NCBI GenBank assembly: GCA_030390025.1
Contig: JASTWF010001271.1
Span: 1-64,000 of the forward strand
Direction: 5' to 3'
From: Squalus acanthias
Taxonomy: Eukaryota
Length of the DNA: 64,000 nt
Part shown: positions 25,298-47,100 of the stretch, one piece after another
Layout of the letters: each line of letters begins with the position of its first letter
Position numbering within the stretch: position 1 is the first letter of the stretch
Notes under the pieces: model-generated
Seen by the model: the letters and a program-made list of their open reading frames with translations, nothing else
Told to the model about the DNA's origin: nothing
Database searches by the model: none
Position numbers and translations under genes: made by a program

Positions 25298-27424
25298 TAG
25301 TTTTGGGTTGATTGGTGGGAGAGGTGCGGTAATCAATTTGAAGAGAGGGTAGGGCTATTTTGAAAACAGTAGAAAGGGCTCCGTATCAGGCGTTCATGTT
25401 GAGGATAACAAGCCATTGGAGGTCATCAAAAGGAAAAATTAGGAACTACTTTGAAAATTGTAAAATAAAGTTGTAAATCTAGCATCGTCAGATGAGCTGA
25501 TCAGAGAGAGCCAGCATAGCTTTGTTAAGGGTAAGTCATGTCTGACTAATCTAGTTGAACTTTTTGAGGTGGTCACTAATAAGGTAGATAAGGGTATGAC
25601 TATGGATGTTATCTATAAAGACTTCCAGAAGCCATTCAAAGGGATTAATGGCAAAAATGCTACTTTGCTGACGACACTAAGTTAGGGGGCACAGTAAATA
25701 GTGTAGATGGGAGCAGAAAGTTGCAAATGGGAATTGATAGATTAAGTGAGTGGGTAAAACTGTGGCAGAAGGAGATCAATGTGGGAAAGCGTGAGGCCAT
25801 CCATTTTGGATCTAAGAAAGACCGATCAGAGTATTTTCTAAATGGCGAGAAGCTGGGAACTGTGGGCGAGCAGAGAGATTTAGGGGTCTAAGTACAGAAA
25901 TCACAAAAAGCTAATGCAGGGGTTCTCAACCGGGGGTCCGCACCCCCAGGGGTCCGCGAGAGGATTTCAGGGGGTCCGCCATAAATAATCTCTGGGATTT
26001 AAAAAAAAGAAAAATACACCGTCGTGTAAAGGTGGGATCGAGCAGAGCAAACTTGCGGGTCCGCCCCCGACACGGCCCTCTGTCCCCCTCCTCCCGAACG
26101 TCTGAGTTGACAGTGGCCACTGCCGCCAAGCCCAGGCCCTTACTTTCGTTTATCACAGGGGTTCTCAACCTTTTTGCTTCTGAGGCCCACCTCCAGTGTT
26201 CAAAAAATTCCACGGATCCCCTGTAACAGAACACGCGTATTTTTTCCGTATAAAAATTCTCTCAGCGCCGCTCCCACTCACCGGCACTGCAGAAAATACT
26301 GGTCCCCACGCCCATCCCGCTCCCTCTTTCCATCCACATGAGCCTCAATCACCTGACGCACCCCCCCCCCAGTCTCCCTCTTTTCCCCCATAACCCCCGA
26401 CTCCCTCACTGACCGTTCCCGGCACGTCCTCCGGTCCCGGTTCTCTGCTTGATTGTCAGTCAAACAGCCTTTATCCCCCTCACCTCCAATATTTTCATAA
26501 CTATTAAACCAGGGATTCTCAACCGTAGTCCACAGCCCCCCTAGGGGTTCACGAGAGGGTTTCAGGGGGTCTGGCATAAATAACCTTCGGGAGCTAAAAG
26601 AAAAATACACCATCACGTGAAGGTAGGATTGAGCTGAGCAAACTGCGGATGTTATATTACAGTGCACAGAGCTCGAGTTAGACCCCATCTGGAGGACTGC
26701 ATTCAGTTCTGGGCACCGCACCTCAGGAAGGATATATTGGAGGCCAATATTCATCAGAATGATACCTGGGCTAAAAGGGTTCGATTATGAGGACATGTTG
26801 CATAGACTTGGCATCTATTCCCTTGAATATAGAAGATTAAGGGGTAATCCAATCGAGGTGTTTAAGATGATTAAAGCATTTGATAGGGTGGATAGAGAGA
26901 AACTATTTCCTCTGGTGGGAGAGTCCAGAACAAGGGCGCTTAACCTTAAAAGGAGAGCTAGGCTGTTCAGGGGTGATGTCAGGAAGCCCTTCATCACACA
27001 AAGGGTTGTGGAAATCTGGAACGCTCTCCCTCAAAAATCTGTTGATGCTGGGGGTCAATTGAATAGTTCAAAACTGAGATTGATACATTTCGGTTTGGCA
27101 AGGGTACTAAGGGTTACGGAACCAAGTTGAGTGGATGGAATTAAGATATAAATCATCCATTATCTAATTGAATGGCAAACAGGCTTGAGGGACTGAATGG
27201 CCTACTATTCCTAAATAGTAACAAAGGTAATTAGCACGCAATTGGATGTAGCCTTTTGACTTGGGTTAGAAATTAGTTGGGATGGAGGAGACTGAGGGCT
27301 GGATTTTGCCAATGGGGAGCTTTTGGAGGTGGGACTCCAACTTGTCAGGTTTTAGTCCCTCCTCCATTTACTTCTGGCCAACCCACACTATTTTCCCTGG
27401 ATTGGCCTTGTTAAGCCCACCCAG
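25298..27424 (+). repeat. Inverted segmental duplication, partner of 1-2110
   Basis: Reverse complement alignment from tagttttgggttgattgg (25298) to aagcccacccag (27424). Confidence 0.92.
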
Positions 27425-28083
27425 TGGGCTTAGCAGGCCAATTAAGAGGAAGCCGGTTACAGAGAACGTCAGCGTATGACGTTTCATCTGTCAAAAATTT
27501 TTGACAGATGAATTGTCATCGTTTGACAGCTCTGTGAAGCTGTCAAACACTGACATTCTATGTTGTTTGATGAGTTCTTGTATTCAAGACTCATCAAACC
27601 TCTTTTGTGAGCAGAAATTAGATGGCTGTTGCATTGGAGAATGCAGCAGCCATCTGTCATCTCCGCATCCCCAATGTTTGAAGCCTGCAGGAAGAAACAA
27701 AGGTAAGTAAACATTTTCTATCACTTTCCACTCACCTCACATAATTACCTCTCCACACTAGCAGCCATCACTTACCTTCACAGTGCACTTTTTCACCTCT
27801 CCGACCCCCGCAGACCCACTGCTCGCCTCGCTGACCCTGGCATGGTTCGCAGCCTTCGGGAAGCCCGCACTTGTGCAAGTAAAATGCAGATAATCCTCTT
27901 AGCTGCCTGTTAACTGCCTGTTCCCGCCTTCCCGCCTCCAAGGAGACAGGACCCGGCGCGGGTGGGCTACCCGCCACCTGGCAAGATGACACGGAGGTGG
28001 GTTGGGGGTGAGTGTGCACCTGCCCCCAGACTCTGCCACTTTCCTGGAAGTCCCGCTTCCCCAGGGCTGGCAAGATCACGTCC
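27296..28083. mobile_element. Harbinger-type MITE containing a four-hairpin array
   Basis: Imperfect TIRs gggctggattttgcc / ggcaagatcacgtcc; left end shared with 1-127 and related to 43922-44070. Confidence 0.55.
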
Positions 28084-28335
28084 TCTGTTTTCTGTCTGTT
28101 ACCCAATCCTCAATCCATGCCACTATATTACCCCCAAACTCATGAGACCTAATCTTGTGTAATAACCTTTTATGTGGCACCTTATCGAATGCCTTTTGGA
28201 AATCCAAATATACTACATCCACTGGTTCCCTTTTATCTACCCCACTAGTTACATCCTCAAGAAACTCTAATAAATTTGTCAAATTATAAAGACACCGTAG
28301 TATGTCACAGAAAGAAAACAAGATTCACATTTATA

Positions 28336-29471
28336 TGAAGGGATATTGAACAGTCCTAGCCCCTTTAGGGCTACCCTGGATCAGGCGTATTTCTCAGATG
28401 TTCACTTTCAACTAAAGTTTGAGGTAGCCGAATCCTAAAGACGCTTAATTGGGTCTAAAGGTCTGGGCTATCTCTCCCTAAAGGAAAAGAACAACCCATC
28501 AATTTTACCATCCTCCAGATAGCGCTTTTAATAAGTTTAGCTAGACTGTAATGTCCCGGATATTATGAGGGTCTGGAGAACTCCCTCAGAATTCTGTAAC
28601 TCTTCACCAAAGAGTGTACAGAGATTGAAGTCGTGAGTTATTGATACAATTCTAAAAATATATAAAGATTTATTAAAGAACCGACATGCAATTTACATTT
28701 GGTGAATCAGTCAATCGCAACGTTAACAATTCTAAAAAGAGAAAAAATACTATCTTATTATTAACCGAGAATCTTACTTTTAAATCTTAACTTCGCTACA
28801 GTATTACAGTTCTTAAAGTTTTCTATACATGATATCCATCAATATCAAATACCTTTGATCCCCGAGATACAAAGAGTTGGAGAACACAGAGCCGCCTCTG
28901 TGGTCGAGAATTGCTTTGCCCGATTAAAGCGAGTCTGATATCCTATTTGAGAGATCAATATTTATACCCTTTTTCAGTAGTATTTCCTTTAAAGTTTCTG
29001 CTGACCCAAGTTAATTATCCCTATTCATCTTTCTGCCGACCTCTGCAATTCTTACTGCTACATCAGCTTGTAGCATTCCAGAATCTTGTCTCATCTCCAG
29101 GTGTTCTGGGTTGACCATATAAAAACAGTGTGAAGGGCAGGTGTTCCTTATTTTATGTCATCTTTACGAGGGCAGATGTTCCTTATCTTATGTGCCATCT
29201 TTACAAAGTTTAAATTAGAACACCTTATCCAGGGTGAACCATTGTTTTTGTTCCCAAAGGTCAGCCTCTTGGAGCCATGCACCTTCTGGTTCAATAAGGT
29301 TATTTATTCAGGATCAACAACTGTCTTATCTCAATCACCAGAATTCTTTCATAGCTAATTCATAGTTCGGTTTCTAAATTTCCAAACCCAGTTTGTCATG
29401 TTTCAATAAGGCCAGAATTCTTTCATAAGATAGTGTATTTTTCTGAATAGGTTATATGGCTTATTCCTTCA
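28336..29471 (-). repeat. 3' LTR (~1136 bp) of the foamy-like provirus
   Basis: Preceded by PPT AAGAGGGG (29476-29483 on -); termini TGAAGGAATA...TATCCCTTCA form an inverted repeat; TATAAA at 28961-28966 and AATAAA at 28669-28674 on -; short direct repeats in U3. Confidence 0.8.
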
Positions 29472-29731
29472 CACACCCCTCTTGACCAGAAAATGAGCTC
29501 AAGCATCATGGGCAGGGTTTGGTCAATGTTTCAAATAAAGTTACAATAGCACATTAATTTCACGAGATTCACATGTGCTACATTAAAATTCCTTTAAGAC
29601 ATCCCAGGACAATGTTTTCCTTATTTTAAATTGAACAGAAATTAAAAGAATGTTAGGTACATTGTCATGCAATTAGCGAAACAACATGTAATCAGAATGT
29701 CCAATTGGTTGAGGTGAGTTATTCATACGAG

Positions 29732-30079
29732 TCAAGGAGACGTCGTTTGGAGCTGGCTGAAGCTTGACACGCTGTTCCATTGTTCCAGCGTGAGGACAGA
29801 TTCTTGTTTTCGTAAAGACCTTGCCAGAAGCTCAGTTGATTCCTTCTCCATCCGCAGTGTTTTCCTCCTTTGTTGAAGTAACTTGTTGGTCTTTACTTGT
29901 TTTGGTTGTGGCTTTTTGCGAATCCAATTTCTGAGGCGTTGCCAAACATCATGTGGAGGGGTCAGCGACACTGTCCGGCTGACCGTCGTCAGTAGTTCGA
30001 TCGCATCCATTTCCTGTGTCGTGCTCCAATCTGGGTCTTGGAAGACAGTGTACGACTGCACCTTGTACTGTTCCTCCAT
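29732..30079 (-). pseudogene. Putative 5' fragment of env (or other 3' ORF) of the foamy-like provirus
   Basis: ATG overlaps the pol end in the AAT-GGA (N-G) codons a few residues after TVSIDNLK, the position where foamy env starts; 115 aa; similarity to known Env not established. Confidence 0.45.
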
Positions 30080-31803
30080 TTCGGTATCCCGCAGGACATC
30101 TTTTGAGATTGTCTATGGAGACAGTGTTAAGAATGTGCTTACCATTCGGTTGATTAATATGTATTTTAACTGTTCTTTCGTTAATAACGGAACGTATTTG
30201 AACAGGTTTTTTCCACTTAGGTCTTCAACCAGGTTTTTGCTCGAACTTCTTTTCCTGTACCCATTCTCCTGCTGGGGGCTGCCATGCTTTGTTTGTCAAT
30301 TTTTTCTGCCTATTTGTCTCCCTTATCCTCTGATCAATTTGATTAATCTCCTCTGTTACTTCTTTTTTTAAATTTAACTGTTGCTGTCGGGTCAAGGAAT
30401 CTGAGAGTGTAGAGGCAAAAGAACCATGAGTAAGCGGTGGATGCATCCCAACCCCATACATTAGATAATATGGAGTTTTAGGGGACATTTCCCTGATGCA
30501 GATGCGGGCACATTATTAAGTGATAGCTGCACCTCCGGAATGCCGGTGGTCCACTTATTTCCCCTGATTCTCAACAGTTTGACCAATAGCTTTTTTACTT
30601 CTTGGTTTTTACGTTCCACCAGTCCCGCTGATTGCGGATGACGTGGTCTGCTGTGCTCTAACCCAATCCCCCTTTGTTCGCAGTAGTCTTTGAAGACCTT
30701 GGAGACAAAGGCTCCACCTATAACGGAGTGTAAGATTTTGGGTGCACCAGCTACAGTAATTATGTCAGTAATAGCATTGGCGAGCGCATTTTCCAAAACA
30801 GTTTTTGTGGGGACCAGCCAGCAGAAGGAAGTGCATCCAGCTACACAAACGAGAACATGTTCATATCCCAAAGACGGGGGAAGTGGTCCAATGAAGTCAA
30901 TAAAGAATTTTCCCATTGGCTCATCAGCTTTCACAGGAGTCAATGGTGGTGGCTTAATTAGTGCTGACTTATTGGTTAAATTGCATGGCTTACAATTTGC
31001 CATGTATGTTTTACAGGCCTTAAGCATGCCTGGCCACCAATATAAGGAAGTCAATTTGCAGAATGTTGTTCTGGCACCAAAATGAGCTTGACCTATGCCC
31101 TTGTGAGCTTCTTTTACAAGCTGTTCTCATTTGTGTCTCAGGGGTACCTCTCGGTTTCCCTTGGGCAAATTAACTAGCACAATACCAGTGGGGGTTTCCG
31201 AGTAAAAGTACTTTGATGGATATCCATGTGGATTCTCTTTTGTTGGGTCTAATAGCTGAATCAGTTCCTCATCCTGATTAGCTGCCCATTCTGCCCTGGT
31301 GATAACATTAATATTAGCAGGCCCCTCTCGAAGGGGTGTCATGCAGACTGAACGTTTCGCTTGTTCATCTCCAAGACTGTTTCCTTTTGAGTGTACTGTC
31401 CCAGTTGTATGCCCGTTCACTTGAATCACCTGACAATTCATTTTCTCCATCCTCGAACGGAGAATGTCTTCCCACAATGACTTATGTTTTATGGGTTTAC
31501 CCTTATGAATGGTAAAGTTTGTTTGTTCCCGGAAAACTAGATCTTGGTTATATCCTCTATTACAATACTCACTACCCGTACAGGTTAATGTGGGTTTAAT
31601 AGGGTCTGCCTTTTCTAAACATACCGTAGTGCTGCGGGTTCAGCATATTGCGCTCTCTTATGGCCAAGGGGTATGGACAGTAATTATTCTGCATAAAAAG
31701 AGTAGGAATCTCGAAATGTCCCGACTGGTATCCCCATCCCAGCTGAGGATTGTTGGGATGTCCCTCTTTTAATCGTCATTGACGATCCATCACAGTAAAT
31801 GAC
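30060..31803 (-). pseudogene. pol: Degenerate foamy-like pol (RNase H + integrase)
   Basis: ORF fragments 31127..31477, 30461..31054 and 30225..30488 joined by stops/frameshifts; the second catalytic Asp motif HSD reads HSV. Confidence 0.88.
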
Positions 31804-32099
31804 TTAGTGGTAGCAATCGTTTGTTTTTTCTAATAAAAAGACTTGACCAACTCCGACAGGGTTTACCACTTTGTCAGGATATAACCTCGGTTAGGATTTA
31901 ATATGAACTTTATAAGAAATTTCTAGACCGCAATGGTATATTGAGGGAGTTCTGATTTAAGTTCTACAAGGCCTGATCAGGATCTAGAGACTTAAATCTG
32001 GTCTTAGTACCACTGTCAGTAAAACACGCCTTCTATACTTAACAATCTATGAGATGGATATAGATATAAATATAAGTATAGGGTTCTGTATCAACACAG

Positions 32100-41605
<9,506 letters not shown>

Positions 41606-42904
41606 TTTAATCATCCAAGATTTTATTTATTCATTTAAGGCACATTCAAATCCCATTTTGAGGCCTTTGTTCATTCATCCGCGATGATTGAAGCACTGGA
41701 CCGTAAGGTAACAAGAATTCAAATAAAACCCTGGCGAGCCTCTGGTTAAAGAGTACTCAAGCTCATCTGATTTTGCATGAGATGCAGCAAAACAAAATCC
41801 CCAGAATAAAGTCAATGAACTGAAATCTTTTAATTAAATCGGACCGAACTGACCTACAAATCCAATGAATGGCTCATCAAAATGTGCTTTAAATAGATAA
41901 TCTTGCAAAGTCAACCTTGGATGACAAACCGCTTTGTAGATGCACTCCTATATTTTTTTCTCCTTTCTCTTGCCTAGAACCCTAAATGAGGACCTGCCTG
42001 AACGTTGGACTGAACCTTTCACTGCTATGTGCAATTGATTGTCTGAACGATGATCCATTCCAGAGTCAAAAGACATCTCCATTTTTGGTGTTTGCCTCTG
42101 TAGTGAATCCAGACTTGTGGGTGGAAAGCACGCTGTATGATGTTAGTGAAACACATGAATGTGTTTGTATGAAATTCCTCTGTCCATTATGAACAGACGT
42201 GTTAATCACTCTTAAAGTAGCAGATAAAGGATCTTCACGCGAACACATGGCGGGGACTTTCCACCTGCACGGCTTGGGCGGTAGATTGGCGAACGGCATT
42301 GCCCTTCGCTGTAGAACCTGCCCGATTTACAGAAATGGCGGGCGGGAGTTCACCCGCCCAGAGAGTGAAGGTGACAATTATCCCCATTGTGTTTGTTACT
42401 AATGTCACGCAGCGTGATTTCACCTTGTTGGTGTATGCCAGGTATTTTCTGTCTTTTTTGGGGGGAACTTTCATTTCTTTATTACAGCAGCTCAGCAAAA
42501 ACAAAAAGACAATAAACTTAGAAGTATTGCAAACATTTTTTCTGTTGTTACTGTTTTTGTTAGCTCTGATTGTGGGTGGGGATGTGGGCCTGCACCGCAC
42601 GTCAGTTACAAACTCATTAGCCCTCGGGCCTGATCTGAATAATCTGAGTGAGCTGCCAGCGACTATCTCGCCCTCATTTACATACGTGTGGGGCTTACCG
42701 CCTGTTTCAGGCGGACACCAGGGGCAACTGCGAAATTCCGTGGCCCAAATTTGGATGGGACATTTTTTCAGGCATTGGTCCCCAAAATTGGGCCTCGTTG
42801 CATCCTCTTTATTGGCGTAAAATAGGCGCAACACGGCCCAATTTCTAACCCCAGAAGTCCAAAGTCACCCAAAGCATGCTAGACTTACCATGTCATGTCT
42901 CATA

Positions 42905-43372
42905 TTAAAAGAAAGAAAGGGAAGATTGCATTTATACAGCACCTTTCACGACCACCGGACGATTCACAGCCAATGAAGTACTTTTTGAAGTGCAGTCACT
43001 GTTGTAATGTAGGAAACGCGGCAGCCAATTTGCACACAGCAAGCTCCCACAAACAGCAATGTGATAATGACCAGATAACCTGCTTTAGTGATGTTGGTTG
43101 AGGGATAAATATTAGCCAGGACACTGGGGATAACTCGCCTGCTCTTCTTCGAAATAGTGCCATGGGAACTTTTACGTCCACCTGATAGGGCAGACGGGAC
43201 CTCGGTTTAAAATCTCATTCTAAAGATGGCACCTCCGACAGTGCAGCACTCCCTCAGCACTGCACTGCAGCATCAGTCTAGATTTATTGTGCTTAAGTCC
43301 TGGAGTGGGACTTGAACTCATAACCTTCTGACTCAGAGGCGAGGGTGCTGCCCACTGAGCCAGTGGCTGACA
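42905..43372 (-). mobile_element. DeuSINE, uninterrupted paralog of the Tx1-split copy (52171-52203 + 58348-58803)
   Basis: Same flanks as the split copy in the right arm. Confidence 0.85.
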
Positions 43373-44172
43373 CTCCTATACTTAATTATATATTGTGTCC
43401 CAAAATACTGTTTCCAGAAAAATATCTATCTAATTTGCATTCAAATGAATCGATCCTTTTTGTCGTGCTCTGACATCACGATGACCCACGCTTTCATTTC
43501 TGGGTTTTGCGAAGGTCACTGGTGATGTACAAGCTGTAGCAGCTCCACTTCCGATATCATGACCTGCCTTATGTTAAAAGCAGCCTTCTCCTGCTGAGAC
43601 ATAGGAAACTTTCATTACTGACAGCATTATCTGGACACCTTCCATCATTCGTTGAGTCATCTACCTATCTAGTAGGGAGTTGCAGTGAAGTAACAGTTTC
43701 TGTTGCTCAATGTTCTCTCATACACTCCAAGTGAAGTGTATGTAGATTATAACCAGGGAGATATTCTGAAATGGGCAACAGACTGCAGTATCTAATTTGA
43801 GGGAGGACATTACATGGTGGGATAGGATGCACTAGGTTGTTTCCAAGTGGGTCACACTCAGCTTTATATGTGTAGAAAAGTGTAGCAGTATTTTGGGTAC
43901 AATATGTAAGGAGGACACAAAGGGCAGGATTTTCCCTGCGGAGGCGGGATGGCGACGGGAGAGCTGGATGGTGGGTTCCGGTCCCGCCCCCATCTGCAGC
44001 CGTTCTCTCAAAAAGATTTTCCCTTGATTGGCCTTGTTAAGCCCGCCCTGCGGGGTTCTCAGCCAATTAACAGGAAGCGGTGCTGATGAAGTCATTTGAT
44101 GACATGTCATCAGGCGGTTTCTTCCCCAGGAGACCAACACAGCCTGGTTGCACATTGCAAAGCAGAACACAG

Positions 44173-47100
44173 ACTTCTCCGTCTCCATCTCTGGCGATAG
44201 GTTATTGACTAACATTCACTACAAGCCCACTGACTCCCACAGCTACCTGGACTACACTTCCTCCCACCCCGCCTCCTGTAAGGACTCTATTCCATTCTCC
44301 CAGTTTCTCTGTCTCCGCCGCATCTGCTCTGACGATGCCACCTTCCATACCAGTGCTTCCGACATGTCTTCCTTTTTCCTCAACCGAGGATTCCCCTCGA
44401 CTGTAGTTGACACAGCCCTCGACCGTGTCCGTTCTATCTCCCGCACTTCTGCCTTCACCCCTGCCCCTTCTTCCCGGAACCACGATAGAGTTCCCCTTGT
44501 CCTCACCTTTCACCCCACCAGCCTCCACATTCAACGGATCATCCTCCGCCATTTCCGCCACCTCAAAGGTAGTAATCTCAGGATTGCTACCAGTGCCACG
44601 TGCTAGTCAGAGTAGAAATAGAAGGATATTTCAGATGAATACGTGGCTAGAGGAATGGTGCAAGGGGGAGGGATTCAAATTCCTGGGACATTGGAACCGG
44701 TTCTGGGGGAGGTGGGACCAGTACAAATCGGACAGTTTGCACCTGGGCAGGACCGGGACCAATGTCCTTGGGGGAGTGTTTGCTAGTGCTCTGGGGGAGG
44801 GTTTAAACTAAAATGGCAAGGTGTTGGGAACCTGAGCAGGGAGACAGAGGAAAGGGAAACAAGAATAGAAGCAAAAGTCAGGAAGGAAAAAAACAAAGGT
44901 GTCAGTCAGAAAAATCAAGGGTTTAAATCAAACGTGGCCACAGTAAAAAAAAATTCTAAAAGGTCTAAGAGCGTTAAAAAAACAAGCCTGAAGGCTTTGT
45001 GTCTTAATGCGAGGAGCATTCGTAATAAGGTGGATGAATTACCCGCGCAAATAGAGGTAAACGAATATGATATGATTGGGATTACGGAAACATGGCTCCA
45101 GGGTGACCAAGGCTGGGAACTCAACATACAGGGGTATTCAATATTCAGGAAAGATAGGCAAAAAGGAAAAGGAGGTGGGGTAGCATTGCTGGTTAAAGAG
45201 GGGATTAACACAATTGTAAGGAAGGATATTAGCTCTGATGATGTGGAATCTGTATGGGTAGAACTGAGAAATACCAAGGGGCTGAAAACGCTAGTGGGAG
45301 TGGTGTATAGACCCCCAAACAGTAATACGGAGGTTGGGGATGGCATTAAAAGGGAAATTAGAGAAGCGTGCAATAAGAGCACAGCAGTTATCATGGGCGA
45401 CTTTAATCTACATATAGATTGGGCTAACCAAATTAGTAACAATACTGTGGAGGAGGAATTCCTGGAGTGTATACGGGATGGTTTCCTGGACCAATATGTC
45501 GAGGAACTAACTAGAGATCAGGTCATCTTAGACTGGCTATTATGTAATGAGAAAGGATTAATTAGCAATCTTGTTGTGCGAGGCCCCTTGGGTCAGAGCG
45601 ATCATAATATGATCGAATTCTTCATTAAGATGGAGAGTGAAGTAGTTGACTCAGAGACTAGGGTCCTGAATTTAAATAAAGGAAACTACGATGGTATGAG
45701 GCGCGACTTGGGTAGGATTGATTGGGGAATGTCACTCAAAGGGTTGACGGTGGAGAGGCAATGGCAAGCATTCAAAGATCGCATGAATGAACTACAGAAT
45801 TTGTTCATCCCAGTTTGGCATAAAAATAAAACAAAAAAGGTGACCCAACCGTGGCTAACAAAGGAAATTAGGGATAGCATAAGATCCAAGGAAAGGACAC
45901 ATAAATTGGCCAGAAAAAGCAGAAAACCTGAGGATTGGGAGCAGTATAGGATTCAGCAAAGAAGGACAAAGGGATTAATTAAGAGGGGGAAAATAGAGTA
46001 TGAGAGTAAGCTTGCGAGGAACATAAAAACTGACTGTAAAAGCTTTTTAGATATGTGAAGAGAAAAAGATTGGTGAAGTCAAGCGTAGGTCCCTTGCAGT
46101 CAGAATCAGGGGAATTTATAATGGGGAACAAAGAAATGGCAGACCAATTAAATACATACTTTGGTTCTGTCTTCACAAAGGAGGACACAAATAACCTCCC
46201 AGAGATGTCGGGGAACATAGGGTCTAATGAGAAGGAGGAACTGAAAGAAATCAGTATTTGTAGGGAAATAGTGTTAGGGAAATTGATGGGATTGAAGGCC
46301 GATAAATCCCCAAGGCCTGATAATCTACATCCTAGGGTACTTAAGGAAGTGGCCCTAGAAATAGTAGATGCATTGCTGGTCATCTTCCAAAATTCTATAG
46401 ACTCTGGAACAGTACCCATGGATTGGAGGGTAGCTAATGTTACCCCACTATTCAAAAAAGGTGGGAGAGAGAAAACGGGGAATTATAGACCAGTAAGACT
46501 GACATCGGTAGTGGGGAAAATGCTAGAGTCCATTATAAAAGATGTAATAGCAGAGCACTTGGAAAACAGTGACAGGATCAGACAAAGTCAACATGGATTT
46601 ACAAAAGGCAAATCGTGCTTGACTAATCTACTGGAATTTTTTGAGGATGTAACTGGTAAAATGGATAAGGGAGAACCAGTGGATGTGGTGTATTTTGGAC
46701 TTTCAGAAGGCTTTCAATAAGGTCCCGCATAAGAGATTAGCGTGTAAAGTTAAGGCACATGGGATTGGGGGCAAGGTATTGACTTGGATAGAGAACTGGT
46801 TGGCAGACAGAAAGCAAAGAGTTGGAATAAATGGGTCTTTTTCCGAGTGGCAGGCGGTGACTAGTGGGGTACCGCAGGGATCGGTCCTAGAACCCCAGCT
46901 ATTCACAATATATATTAATGATCTGGACGATGGAATTGGATGTAATATCTCCAAGTTTGCAGATGACACAAAGCTGGGTGGGCGTGTGTGCCAGGAGGAG
47001 GATGGCGAGAAACTCCAGTATGATTTGGACAGGTTGGGGGATTGGGCAGAAGCATGGCAGATGCAATATAATATGGATAAATGCGAGGTTATCCACTTTG

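Larger units (their letters stand above)
28336..31990 (-). mobile_element. Endogenous foamy-virus-like (spumaretrovirus-related) provirus, 5'-truncated: RNase H, integrase, env start, PPT, 3' LTR
   Basis: Translation shows YCDGS..SAGMGI..SIPLGHKRAQYAE (RNase H) and DEELIQLL..GYPSKY, LYWWPGM..CKPC, KFFIDFIGPLPPSLGY, HPQSAGLVERKN, VQEK..RPKWKKP..TVSIDNLK (integrase). These are collinear with prototype foamy virus Pol as recalled. The right-hand boundary (31800-31990) is uncertain. Confidence 0.88.

Noticed and set aside
27501-27718. ORF ending at a strong AG|GTAAGT donor as alternative exon 1
   Set aside because: No signal-peptide character; similar AGGTAAG motifs recur in the MITE families (5532, 5604, 5969).
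30245-30256. Purine run AGGAAAAGAAG at the VQE codons as a foamy central PPT
   Set aside because: The position fits, but it is not a copy of the 3' PPT (AAGAGGGG) and follows simply from QEKK codons.
42235-42834. 199-aa and 173-aa overlapping ORFs duplicated in the other arm
   Set aside because: The frames are broken differently in the paralogous arm (58802-59492), overlap MITE fragments and show no recognisable domain.
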